Shown here: in pieces, positions 1-11,926 of the stretch
Layout: each line of letters starts with the position of its first letter
Numbering within the stretch: position 1 is the stretch's first letter
Origin: Octopus bimaculoides
Taxonomy: Eukaryota
NCBI RefSeq assembly: GCF_001194135.2
Contig: NC_068995.1
Coordinates: 45,526,769-45,590,768, forward strand
Length of the DNA: 64,000 bases
Direction: 5' to 3'
Position numbers and translations under genes: made by a program
Notes under the pieces: model-generated
Told to the model about the DNA's origin: nothing
The model's input: the letters and a program-made list of their open reading frames with translations, nothing else
Database searches by the model: none

Positions 1-883
1 CTCCAACGCTGTGTGATCTACTACCAATCTCACCCACTACCAAAATATTGGAGTGGAAGGAGTAGATGAGTGATGAGGGCAGTGGGGTGGGGTNNNNNNN
101 NNNNNNNNNNNNNNNNNNNNNNNNNNNNNNNNNNNNNNNNNNNNNNNNNNNNNNNNNNNNNNNNNNNNNNNNNNNNNNNNNNNNNNNNNNNNNNNNNNNN
201 NNNNNNNNNNNNNNNNNNNNNNNNNNNNNNNNNNNNNNNNNNNNNNNNNNNNNNNNNNNNNNNNNNNNNNNNNNNNNNNNNNNNNNNNNNNNNNNNNNNN
301 NNNNNNNNNNNNNNNNNNNNNNNCCCCACCCACCACCGGCCGTCGTTTGTGCCCCTACGACAGCGCCATCTTCGTATTGGAAACGAATGAGTTTGTTGTA
401 CAAGTTAGTAGTAGGCCCACAGAGGAAAAATGCCTGTTCAGTGTTTGTGTGTAGAAGTAAATGTGTGTGTGTATAGGAAAGGTTAAGAAACAAGGAATAT
501 ACAGTAGAAAATGAGAAGTGGGGTGGGGGGGCAAGCAAAGTTTTGTAATTAGATCATTCCAGCTGAAATATACTGTCCGTCTGTCTCCTGTGTATACACA
601 CATACATATGTACACATACACATACACATGTATCTACACAGGAATACACCTATACATGTATCTACATGCACACAGGTACCTACATGCATGCGTGCACATG
701 TATCTACGCATGTGCACACACACTTATCTACACACACATGCACGTACATATCTACATACACACACACGTATATGTATATACATATATACCTACAAATGCA
801 CATATATATATATATATATACACACATATGCACATATACACACACACACACACACATATATACATATATATATNNNNNNNNNN

Positions 884-923
<40 letters not shown>

Positions 924-1730
924 CACACATGCACATACATATATATTCATAGATATAAATTATTAAGAATGAGTAAAAATAAACCCAAGCCTACACAGGT
1001 ATAAAACCAAACCATGTGATCTGTCAACTGAATAATTTATGCAGTCGTGTTTTGACATGTTGAAACACGTTATGACAAGAGGATGTTTGGCTCTGGTCTG
1101 GTCCATTTCGATTTGTTTTAAGTTTTGAGAGCAAAACAATAATTATACCAACTCCTTACTTGCAAACTGGCTTCAAATGGCAGAAAGTAGCAGGTCTGTT
1201 GCCTGCAGTTGGCTGACTAGAAAATAAAACATGATTTGTGTGGTTTAGAAATTTACTTTGCAACTGCATAATTTTGCATTCTGTCCCACTGTGCAGCAGT
1301 TTGACTTAGTTCATTTCACCTTACAGTAGAAGGTAATGATTCCTTGTGAGTGAAATTTGATAGGCAGAGACTCTATGTGGGGAAACAGACCCAGGCGTAG
1401 CTTAATGGTTGAGTACTTTGTTTACCAGCCCCATGGTTTTGTATTCAGTCCTATGTAGGACCTTGGATGAGTTCCTTCCTTTATAGTCCCAGGACAATCA
1501 AAGGCTAATGAGTGAATCTGCTGGCCAGAAACTGATAGAAGCTTGTTGTGTGTATGTGTGTGTGACAGAAGCTTGTGTGTTCACACACGCACACATGTAT
1601 TTGTGCTTCTCCAAAATTTGTTGAGCTACAAGCAGTAATGTTGTCATCTCCCTTGTCAACAAATCATTTGCAGGTTGTTTGCCTTCAGAGATATGAGGAA
1701 TAATTGATCCCTTGCTTGAAAAGTGGGTAA

Positions 1731-2310
1731 GGGTTAGTGACCGGAACAGCATGCACTTTAAAACGATGCGTCAATAATATACCCTTCTAACCCATGCTAG
1801 CATGGTAAAATGGATGTAAAAATGAAATAGAAAGAAAATAATATATATCTACTAAAATCTTTTGAATATGTTACTCAAGTATGGTTGTAATCCAAACGCT
1901 GCAACTAGTAAAAAAATATTACATATGTCATTATCATCATTGTAAAATCCTCTTCTGAATGCTAGCATTGGCCACACAGAATTACTTGAGGCATATTTTC
2001 TACACCCAGATGCCCTTCCTGTTGCCAACCCTCACTTGTTTCCAAGGAGAGTAATATTCTCTCACTGCACTAGTTTTCATAGAAGACACTACCTGTATGT
2101 TGATGACACTCATTTACAATTTTTGTGTGATGTCAAGTCAAGAAGATTATTCACACGATATATATATATATATATCATCATCATCATCGTCGTCGTTGTT
2201 TAACGTCCACTTTCCATACTAGCATGGGTTGGACGATTTGACTGAGGACTGGTGAAAGGTATATTATTGACGCATCGTTTTAAAGTGCATGCTGTTCCGG
2301 TCACTAACCC
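1731..2310. repeat. 53-bp perfect inverted repeat (1731-1783 and 2258-2310)
   Basis: GGGTTAGTGACCGGAACAGCATGCACTTTAAAACGATGCGTCAATAATATACC and its exact reverse complement. Confidence 0.95.
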
Positions 2311-2485
2311 TACACCAGGCTCCAATCTGATTTGGCAGAATTTCTACAGCTGGATGCCCTTCCTAATGCCAACCACTCCGAGAGCACAGTAGGTGCTTTT
2401 ACGTGCCACCGGCACGAAGGCCAGTCAGGAGGTACTGGCAACGGCCACGCTCAAAATGGTGTATTTTACGTGCCACCTGCACAGG
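2180..2485 (-). mobile_element. Young RTE 3'-tail repeat (family C)
   Basis: (CAT)n GTTTAACGTCCACTTTCCATACTAGCATGGG..CTGGATGCCCTTCCTAATGCCAACCACTCCGAGAG. Other copies lie at about 9048-9246(+), 14652-14802(+), 15660-15808(+), 20037-20215(-), 28925-29155(+), 34190-34290(+) and 39762-39955(-). Confidence 0.85.
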
Positions 2486-2771
2486 NNNNNNNNNNNNNNN
2501 NNNNNNNNNNNNNNNNNNNNNNNNNNNNNNNNNNNNNNNNNNNNNNNNNNNNNNNNNNNNNNNNNNNNNNNNNNNNNNNNNNNNNNNNNNNNNNNNNNNN
2601 NNNNNNNNNNNNNNNNNNNNNNNNNNNNNNNNNNNNNNNNNNNNNNNNNNNNNNNNNNNNNNNNNNNNNNNNNNNNNNNNNNNNNNNNNNNNNNNNNNNN
2701 NNNNNNNNNNNNNNNNNNNNNNNNNNNNNNNNNNNNNNNNNNNNATATATATATATATATGCATGTCTGTA

Positions 2772-3310
2772 TGGGGTCTGATAAAAAAAAAATATCAGGA
2801 CTGGAGCTATAAAAAGAAAACTGCAACACATATCCATTCAGCATTTAATCTCCTTTAAAACAATCTCCTTCTGAAGCCACACACATTATCCAGTGCATTC
2901 TTGGAACTCCTTTTTTGGGATAGCAAACAGCTGCCTTGTCACATTCTCTTGAATTTCTTCAATGTCATGAAATCTTGTTTGGGGTCTTCCATTGCAAAGA
3001 CTGAGCCTTGGTCTTGGAGTCATAGCCATAGACCCACAATTCATCACCTGTTATGACCATTTTCAAGAAGTTTCATCTTCCTCAACACAGTCAAGGAAAT
3101 CTTGCTCAGCTGAAACCTGATCTTCTCTTTGAAATGACCACACTTTACTTCCAAGCGCTGCTATAAACAACAGAAGTGGGTGAGAACTTTATAACCGAGT
3201 GTGCATGCACAACAGGGTTCAAGATCAATTTGTGCCTAATAGCTCCACTCTACATACTTTAGTTCCGTTACCATAGCAACAATCCTGATAACTTTTTTGA
3301 TCAGACTTCA
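2772..3310 (-). mobile_element. Internally deleted mariner (DD34D-type) DNA transposon
   Basis: Imperfect TIRs TGGGGTCTGATAAAAAAAAAATATCAGGACTG (left) and reverse complement TGAAGTCTGATCAAAAAAGTTATCAGGATTG (right), with TA on both sides (2770-71, 3311-12). The minus strand encodes FLKMVITGDELWVYGYDSKTKAQSLQWKTP (mariner first catalytic Asp motif), fused to the C-terminal RFHDIEEIQENVTRQLFAIPKKEFQEC..CVASEGDCFKGD*. Confidence 0.9.
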
Positions 3311-3746
3311 TATGTGTGTATGTGGTACACTCTGTACAAGATGATAAGGATAGGAAGGACAACAGACAGTAGAAATCCTGGCAAACATGGACTGGAATGT
3401 AGAAGCAAAATCTATGTCTCTACAAGCCTGCTCACCATCGGTGAGGGTTGTAACTGCAAATTCTTCCTCACATAGGACAACTTGTTTAATACCAGTGGCA
3501 TGATAAAATACTTCCAATACGCTATAAGATATATGCAATGACCATAGTTGATTACTTTTTCTCTGTTGCTGTGTCTGCAAGACAACATGAGCTATAACAA
3601 TGTGTTGCGTTTGTCCCACTTTCGATAAACAGACATATATTGTGGTAATGATGACTAAATACACAACAATAGAATTGGCTGTTGTATGTCAGATGATAAA
3701 GGACTGCAACAAGTGATGATGTGCTATGAGACCCACCCAGTCTTGT

Positions 3747-3777
<31 letters not shown>

Positions 3778-4123
3778 CACTCTTGCTAGAAAATTTTAAC
3801 AAAAAAAGAGACCATGCATCCTTGCATTGTGTTAACCCTTGAGACTAATAATATACCATTGTATTTTACAGTCTAGCTTTAGAAATTTGCTCCTGCTTCC
3901 ATATGTGTGTGTATATTTGTATGTATGTGTATACATGTTTTTATGCACATGCATGTAATTTAACAAAATGTCACATATTTTATTCAACGCAAATAAATAC
4001 AAAAATAGAATTTTGGGTGTTGTTTTTCCATGAGAGAATAAAACAGGGAGAAAATTAAACGCATACACACACACACACACACTGTTGTATTATTTCCATT
4101 CATGGTTTCTTTTGTTTTTTCTG

Positions 4124-4156
<33 letters not shown>

Positions 4157-4991
4157 GATAAATTCTTTTGTGCTGAACAATGTTTAATCCTAATTAGCTT
4201 TATCCTTATTAGGAAACACTAACATGATAATCAAATGATGTGCAAGTCAGACTTCTGGAGACACACCCACCTTCATTAGAACCAAACATACCTGGCAAGT
4301 CTTAGATACTTTATAACTAAACTTACAGTTAGGTTTTTAGGAGATGTTAAAGATAGACACTCATTGGAATTGGTACATTAGTGAAAGTCATGTGAATGCT
4401 AAAAGTGGATTGGAACTACAAAATGAAGTGTTGTAGATGAGATGAAGAAATGTCAAATATTTAAGGCAGGGTCCTTCATCAAGTATTCCAAAGTTGCACA
4501 TTTTTCTCTCTTACAAGTTCCCATTTCCCACACCTTTCATCCCTTCTTGTCCTTATAATTTGGGATGGCCCTCCACCAGACTCTCTTTACTCAATGCACC
4601 TCATTACCCTTACCGCTCTGTTCCTCCCTCTTTTACTAACCACTAATCTCTTCCTCTCACTGCCACCCCACCCACCCCAGTTCTTTCAATATGCTCTCCC
4701 CTAATAGTGTCTACTCTGTTTCTTCTCCACTAAAAACTGGCTAAACTTTGCAAATGGATGTGTAAAGAAACCCAGCCTGTATATATATTTGTGCCTGCAT
4801 GGGTGTATTTGTATATCTTTGTTTTGACATCACAGAGTAGTTGTAAATGAATATCACCCTCATACAAGCAGTGTCGTTCGTTGTCAATCTTCTCTGAAAA
4901 TATGATTGGCCATGGGGAAATATTACCTTACTTGCAAACAGGTGAGGGTTCACAACTGGAAGGGCATCTGGTTGTCCTATTTATTTATTTT

Positions 4992-5362
4992 TTTGCTTGT
5001 TTCAGGCATTAAACTGTGGCCATGCTGGGGCACTTCCTTAAAGAATTTTTAGTCAAATTGACCTCAGTACACTTATTTTTTTTAAAGCCTGGTACTTATT
5101 CTATCGGTCTCTTTTGCTGAACTGTTGAGTTACAGGGAGGTAAACAAACCAACAGCACTTGTCAAGCAGTCGTGGGAGACAAACACAGACACAAAGACAC
5201 ACACACAAACATACATAAATACACATATGTATATGACTGATTTCTTTCAGTTTTCCCCTATCAAATCTACTCACAAGTCTTTGGTTTGCCCAAGTTGTCA
5301 CGCCTTGGAACTGAGCCTTGAACCACATGGTTGGGAAGCAAACTTCTTATCACACAGCCATA
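4992..5362 (-). mobile_element. SINE family A
   Basis: Reverse-complement match to family A tail and head. Partial copies also lie at about 1232-1310, 5575-5740, 11058-11210, 11527-11880, 13305-13460, 31040-31190, 33722-33842, 44893-45055, 48335-48540 and 57110-57255. Confidence 0.8.
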
Positions 5363-6147
5363 TATGATTCTTGCTAGTATGGAAAACTAGATGTTAAAAT
5401 GATAGTAATGCCGATGTTCAGCTTTAAACACCTGGTTTCTGTGCAGGCAGTCAAACATTTTATCCGCTTGGCTATTCTGTATTTATTTCCACATGACAAG
5501 ACATGTTTTCATGGATGACTGGAAACCAACAACACCATAGTGATGCTCATTTACAAGTATCACATGATGTCAATGCACACACACACATACACACATACAC
5601 ACGCAAGGGTCTTCTTTAGTTTCCATCTCCAAAATCTACTCACAAGGCTTTTGTCACAGAAGGGGACAATTTGCCTAAGATGCTGTGTAGTGCGATTGAA
5701 CCTGTAACCATGTGATTGGGAAGCAAACTTCTTAACTACATATCTGGGCCTCCACCTCACATGGAACAAAATGAAAAAAACCCCTCTTATTCCACATTGC
5801 TTCAAGTTCTCCAAGCTGTTAGAAATAGGTAGATGATCTGAAAAGGTTACTTATGATAGACTGTCTTATCCAGAGATGAGATATCTTTTATCCATTTTAA
5901 CACTTTGGCACCTGATCAAAGCACCAGCTCCTTGAGCTTTACAAGACATTTAGAATTTTTGCCTTTTCTGGTTTTTACAATCTCATGTGTATCTTTGTCT
6001 TTTGCCTCATTTTCACTCTCTTCACTTTCTTTTCTCTTTTAATTCTCCACTCACTGATGGGTTACTGTGATATTTTGGGCAACCATCAGTCACTGACACC
6101 CATTAGCAACTGAATATATCAATTTAACAACCTATATATATATATAA

Positions 6148-6345
6148 TCAATTCACAAATGAAAGGAAGAAAATAGCTTTTACATACAAAGTGCAATTAT
6201 ATATATATGAAACATCCCTGGTGTTAAGAGAAAAGTTGCAATCCTGAAAATCTTGCTGTTGGCTGGTTTTCCATAACATGAAATGTATTTTCTTATCATC
6301 CACTTCCATGTTAGATAAGAAGTCAAAGAGACAAAAAAATATCAT
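6148..6345 (-). pseudogene. Possible decayed fragment or divergent exon resembling a Ras-superfamily (Rho/Rab) GTPase beta2-beta3-switch II region
   Basis: MEVDDKKIHFMLWKTSQQQDF aligns by eye to [21 protein letters not shown] (RhoA type). The G3 Asp and Gly are missing and no P-loop is visible. Confidence 0.25.
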
Positions 6346-6465
6346 ATTCTGTTATGGCACTTGAGGTTGATGCGAGATTTTCATGAACCCATTGTTTTCA
6401 TAATGTAGAGGGATATCTGTGTGTGTGTGCATGTTCATTATCATTACATATATATATACACACAC

Positions 6466-6519
6466 ACCTGCATCGGTTGTCAAGCGAGGGCTGGGGGACA
6501 AACACAGACACACAAACAT

Positions 6520-6550
<31 letters not shown>

Positions 6551-6736
6551 TGCATACACACACACACACACACAGAGAGAAAGACGGGCTTCTTTCAATT
6601 TCCTTCTCCCAAATCCACTCACAAGGCTTTGGTCGGCCCGAGGCTATAGTAGAAGACATTTGCTCAATGTACCACACAGTGGGACTGAACCCAGAGTTAT
6701 GTGGTTGGTAAGCAACCTACTTACCACACAGCCACA
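6466..6736 (-). mobile_element. SINE family A (3'-truncated)
   Basis: CTTCTTTCAATTTCC..CACTCACAAGGCTTTGGTCGGCCCGAGGCTATAGTAGAAGACA. Confidence 0.85.
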
Positions 6737-7469
6737 TAAATTTTTTTTTTTTTTTTCATCTATTCAAAACAGATTTTTGTTTCCTAACAAAGTTGCTGCA
6801 ACTGCAGGGTGAAGTACTCTGAGTAGTGACTCATACTTATTAGGCTTTGCATCAATATTGCTATTCTACTCTATCCAGAATTATTGAGTACCTTTTTCTA
6901 TGTAGTTTACACAAGTGTGAAATTACCATACTTTATTTGTATGTGTATGTGGTGTAGCATATGTTTGAAATGTTGAAAATTGATAACAAGCAAGTTTGAA
7001 TTAGGGGGGAAAAAACTCCAAAAAAAAGTTACATATTTTTTTACTAAGAAACAGAAAGCTGGCATCTGAAATATTCAAGAGATAGATGAACATAGATAGC
7101 CATACATATAGATGAGAGACAGCAGGGGACACGCAGCAAGATTTTAAACTGGACACCAACAGATTTATTGGGAAGATTAAAAACCAATCAGTAATTTACA
7201 CCAAAAATTCTATCCTTAAATCAATTTGAATTAACTAATCTGACTCTGTAGATTATTGAAAGCACTGGTCAATATTATATAGTCTGTGATGGGGTATCAA
7301 TGTTACCCATTAATTCAGCTAAATGATTGTATTTGAAATGATGAGATAGTGGGGTGGTGTAGAATGAAGCTAACAAACCACTAATAAGTACTACAATATA
7401 GTATGAGGGACCAGAGAAGTGATGAGTGAGTCTGGAGTGCCTATGTGGCATCTCACCAGTTTGTTTTAA

Positions 7470-7895
7470 CCATTTAGCATTCAGATTACTGTGTGAAATG
7501 CAATGTTAATTTATTCACATTGTTTTGAATTAATCATACATTATCTTGTGGCTTTGAAGGCAGTGAGCTGGTAGAAATCTTAGCACGCCAGGTGAAATGC
7601 TTAGTGGTATCTCATCTGTCTTTACGTTCTGAGTTCAAATTCCACCAAGGTCATCTTTGCTTTTCAGGGTCGATAAATTAAGTACCAGTTGCGTACTGGG
7701 GTGATCTAATCAAAAATTTCGAGCCTTATTCCAAGAGTAGAAAAGATTATCTTGTAGCTTTGAGATTCTAGTGATGTGATTGTTTATTTTTAGAATGACA
7801 TTGTGGGGTAAGTGTGAGAGACCAGTTCTGGTCAGTTTGAGCATAAAACAGTTAGAATATTTGGGTTGGATATGGCCTGTTTAAATGCTGAAGGG
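7470..7895 (+). mobile_element. TTAA-flanked piggyBac-type MITE, family 1, interrupted by a SINE
   Basis: TTAA|CCATTTAGCATT ... AATGCTGAAGGG|TTAA. A SINE is inserted at 7558-7745. Confidence 0.75.
7558..7745 (+). mobile_element. tRNA-derived SINE, family B, with 18-bp TSD
   Basis: Head AAGGCAGTGAGCTGG..GAGTTCAAATTCC. Flanked by ATTATCTTGTGGCTTTGA (7540-57) and ATTATCTTGTAGCTTTGA (7746-63). Confidence 0.8.
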
Positions 7896-8482
7896 TTAAA
7901 GAGTAGAAATCACAATAGTAGTAGTAGTAGTAGTAGCAGTAGTATAAGAAACAGAGATGAGACATAGCATAATTGTGAATTTTTAAAGGTGCTTGTGACT
8001 ATATGCTAATCAAAATAGTCTCTGTTTGCATTTAGTCTAGAATGTGTGTGTGGAAGTAGTTTTCTGTTGTGGGTTTCACATGAGCTGTTCCTGGGAGATG
8101 AAAACTTTTCTGGCTCTAAAGTGAAAGGCCAGTCTTTTGTTATGATAACGATGGTGGTGATGATGACAATAGCAATCAATGCTCAGCCTCACTCTTTAGC
8201 TATCATTCGACTGACATTATCCACACATACTCACCACTGATGTAGTCTTCACTATTGAACTACTGTTTAAAACTTAGCTTTGTCTAAAAGCTATGGGCTG
8301 GAGATTTTCTTTGTTCAACTGTTTGTTAGCCTGGTTATAGAACACACACACCATGTTTCTGCATGTTGTAAGAGGCAAATAAAAGGGTTGGTTATAAGAA
8401 GGGCATCTGGCTGTAACAACACAATGCTTCAGAAAAACTATCCAATCCATAGTCCAAATTTACAGAAAACAAAAGACAGACA

Positions 8483-8660
8483 AGTGAGGGGACAATAAGC
8501 AGGTGTATTAGTTTGATGCTCAGGAAGAACCGAAAAGTTCTCCACATTTTGAGCCTATGCTCTTCAACAAAAAGGATTGAGAGGAAAAAATTGGAGAGAG
8601 AATAAAGAAAAAAAAAATCAGAGAGAGCAAAATGTGTAGGAATTAACAGTTCAACATGAT
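8483..8660. mobile_element. Dispersed repeat, possibly a Penelope-like terminal fragment
   Basis: GCAGGTGTATTAGTTT..CTCAGGAAGAA..GAGCCTATGCTCTTC..TTAACAGTTCAACATGAT is shared with 13148-13282. Class assignment is an inference from the TTTCGAGCC..CTCTTC-like motif. Confidence 0.4.
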
Positions 8661-9527
8661 GAAATAATCCATGTCAGCATGGAATACTGACTGTAAAATA
8701 CCTGATAATGATTGATGATATCCATTATCACATGAATATATCATGGAAATTTATCCTGGTTTTTTTTTTTATATTCCAATTTTTTTTTCCCTATCTTGAA
8801 TTCCTTCTATAACAATGTTTCTTTTGTTTTCTTCTCTTCAGTTTCTTCATAAAAAACCTACTAGCCCAACCAGAGAACCTCAGGCCAAAACATCCGGTTA
8901 GTTCAGTGATGGATATCACTTCTTTATATCTTTCTTTTATAAATGAGGACCATGACGAATTGTATATGAACAATGAAGGGAAAGTCTTTGAAGGGATGTT
9001 TCATCAATGAGGACTATGATGTGGTTCTCATAAACTGGTCACATATAAAACACCCGTGCTGGTGCCATGTAACAAGCACTCAATACACTCTGTAAAGTGG
9101 CTGGCATTAGGAAGGGCATCCAGCTGTAGAAACCAAGCCAAAACAGACGATGGAGCCTGGTGAGGCCCCTGGCTTTGCCAGCTCCTGTCAAGCTATCTAG
9201 CCCATGCAGCATGGAAAATGGATGTTAAATGATGATGATGATGATGTTCCCCACTGCTTTTGGAGACTTTGTTGTAGTATTCCCATATATGTATGTCAGT
9301 TACTAGCATTATGTATTTTTTCAGAACAAATGCTATTTTTTTCATGTTTGTAAAGATGTGTGTGTATGTCTGTATACACGTGTGTGTGTGTGTGGTGTAT
9401 TTTGTTATGTAAGATGCCTTACTCTGTGTCTCTGTCTCCCCCTCTCTTTTGCTTGTGTATTTTCAATATAACTAAATGAAATATTACTTTTATGCAATTT
9501 TTGAAATTCATGCTAAGAACAGTTGCT

Positions 9528-9570
<43 letters not shown>

Positions 9571-10580
9571 CTTTGCAAGTTTACTTCCATCTGTTTTACT
9601 AACACACGCATGAACACACATAAATGCTTACATAGCTTTCACACGCTCGCATGCGCGCACAATGTATTCTTTCCCCCCTTTTCTTGCAGACTCTTTTTAA
9701 CAAGTACAAGTCCTTTCCCAACATATTTTCATCTCCCCCTCCCATTCTCTTTCTCCCCTCTGCCCTTCTTCTCCCTCTTTCAACTTCATCCTCTTTCTCT
9801 CCTACTCCTCCCTACCCATCCTGACTTTCTCCTCCTCTGCCCTACACTGTTGTCGCCAACTACTTGTGCAAATTGTAGATGTAAAACTAGACTTTATGAT
9901 GTCACTACCACTGCCTCCTACCCCTGACACCCCTTAACTTTTGGAGTTTCCTCCCCACCCCCAGAAATGTTTTAGCTAAAAGCTGAATCTGTAATCATGG
10001 AACCATTTCATTCCATTAGCCCCACACTCCACTGGTTCCCTGGGAACTTACCAATTGTGCCACATCGAATAATTTTAAGGATTACAATTGATTCTCACTC
10101 AACATTTTAGCCAACTCTGGTCAGCTGAAGTCCAGACTTGTTTTGTAATCCCTGTTCAGTTTGAATCAAACAAACTTATGTTCAAAAGCACTCCAGCCTT
10201 GACCATCCCATCATTTTTATTCAGACTGTATATCCAAAGCATTACTATAGCCTATGTCAGCTTTTCTTTTTGTGTTTAAGATGATAGGATGTGATTATGA
10301 GTGAGATTTGACTGTTATTTCCAGTGAGTTGCAAGCACATAGACATTCCTTTCCTCAATGATTTATTTCATGATTAAGAGTATGGGTTTTCCAGATCCTT
10401 AATTTTGTATTTTTGTGCTTCTAACCATCATCCTCTTATCTGATCTCTGACCAGCTTTTAAGTACCATGTTGTCTATGTATATCTATCATGTTATTTGGC
10501 ACAGTTTGAACTTATATATATGTTTGTAAAGATGTTTATGTATGTCAAAGTGTGTATGTGTGTGTGTTTATATATATATT

Positions 10581-10750
10581 CAGGGCTGGACAAAATAATG
10601 GAAACACCTTAGAATTTCAAACAAATTTATTTTGATATGGGATAGGACCACCTTTGGCAGTAATTACAGCTTCAATTCTACAAGGTATGGACTCGTACAA
10701 AGTTTGAATTGTTTCCAAAGGAACTTTTGTCCATTCTTCAGCTAAAACAG
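10581..10750 (-). mobile_element. Tc1-family transposon 3' end remnant
   Basis: Minus strand VLAEEWTKVPLETIQTLYESIPCRIEAVITAKGGPIPY is a Tc1 transposase C-terminus. It ends in a terminus CAGGGCTGGACAAAATAATGGAAACACC next to a TA run. Confidence 0.85.
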
Positions 10751-10754
10751 AAGC

Positions 10755-11045
10755 ATATAAAGGATGATCTCAAGACACTGAGCCTTACAAAGGGGATGAC
10801 AAAGGACTGAGATATCTGGTACCTTGCTGCACTCAAGAAGACCTGTCCATTACAGCAGAACTGGTGCCCCATAAAAAGCACCCAATACACTCTGTGGGGT
10901 GGTTGACATTAGGTAGGGCATCCAACCATAGAAACCATGCCAGATAAGACAATGAAGCCTGGTGTGGGTCCTGGCCTTAGCAGCTCCGGTCAAACCATCC
11001 AATCCATGCCAGCATGGAAAACAGACACTAAATGATGATGATAAA
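10755..11045 (+). mobile_element. RTE-clade LINE 3' remnant (ORF2 end plus 3' UTR)
   Basis: IKDDLKTLSLTKGMTKD*DIWYLAALKKTCPLQQN, homologous to the 63 kb copy, followed by the ..CCATGCCAGCATGGAAA..(GAT)n tail. Confidence 0.7.
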
Positions 11046-11878
11046 TATTTACATTGGACTGCTTTTAGTTTCCATCTCCCAAACCCACTCGCAAGGTTTT
11101 GCTTGGCCCGAGTCTATAGCAGAAGACACTTGTCCAAGGTGCCACTCAGTGGGACTGAACCCCAAATCTCGAAATTGGAAAGCAAACTTCTTAGCCAAAC
11201 AGCCATACCTGTGTGTGTGTATGTCTTTTTACATGTTTCTGTCTTTCTGTTTGTGAACATCTGTAAATTAAAGAGTATTTGTTACCATTTACCTCTCTAT
11301 ATATATTTACCCCATCATCATTGTTTCAGCATCTGCTTTTCCATGCATACATGGAAATGGTTCGTCAAGGCACACATTCTACAGCAGTATGTTCCCTTGT
11401 CACCAAATTTCCCCTGTTTCTAAGCAAGGTGATATTTTCCCTAGTTTAGATATGTTCCCACAGGAGATTTCAAATTACAAACTGCGCTAGTGGAAGTATT
11501 ACTTCGGTGGATAAAAGAAAATGATACACATGGCTGTGTGGTCAAGAAACTTTCTTTGCAACAATGAAATTTTGGGATCATTTCCATACATGGCAATTTG
11601 GACAAGTGTCCTTGTGAGTAAATTTGGTAAGTGGAAACTGAAAGAAGCTTGTTTTGTGTGTGTGTGTGTGTGTGTATATAAATATATTTATGTATATATA
11701 TATATATCACAGGCATGTGTGTACATGTGTATCTTAATGGATCAACAAGAGTCTGATAGAATAAGTAGTGAGATTTAAAAAAAAAAAAAAAAGTACTAGG
11801 GTCAATTCATTTGACTAAAAATTCTTCAAGGTGATGCTCCAGCATGGCTGCTGTCTAATGACTGAAACAAGTAAAAGA

Positions 11879-11924
<46 letters not shown>

Positions 11925-11926
<2 letters not shown>

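Noticed and set aside
1232-1335. CACAGTG heptamer on the minus strand (Transib/RAG-like terminus) and a possible 6-nt microexon AG|TAGAAG|GT
   Set aside because: The context TGTGTGGTTTAGAAATTTACTTTGCAAC..TTCTGTCCCACTGTGCAGCA is a diverged family A SINE head. There is no partner terminus, and the microexon has no independent support.
3308-3664. 118-aa minus-strand ORF in non-microsatellite sequence
   Set aside because: No recognisable motif or convincing splice signals; possibly an old element that I cannot classify.
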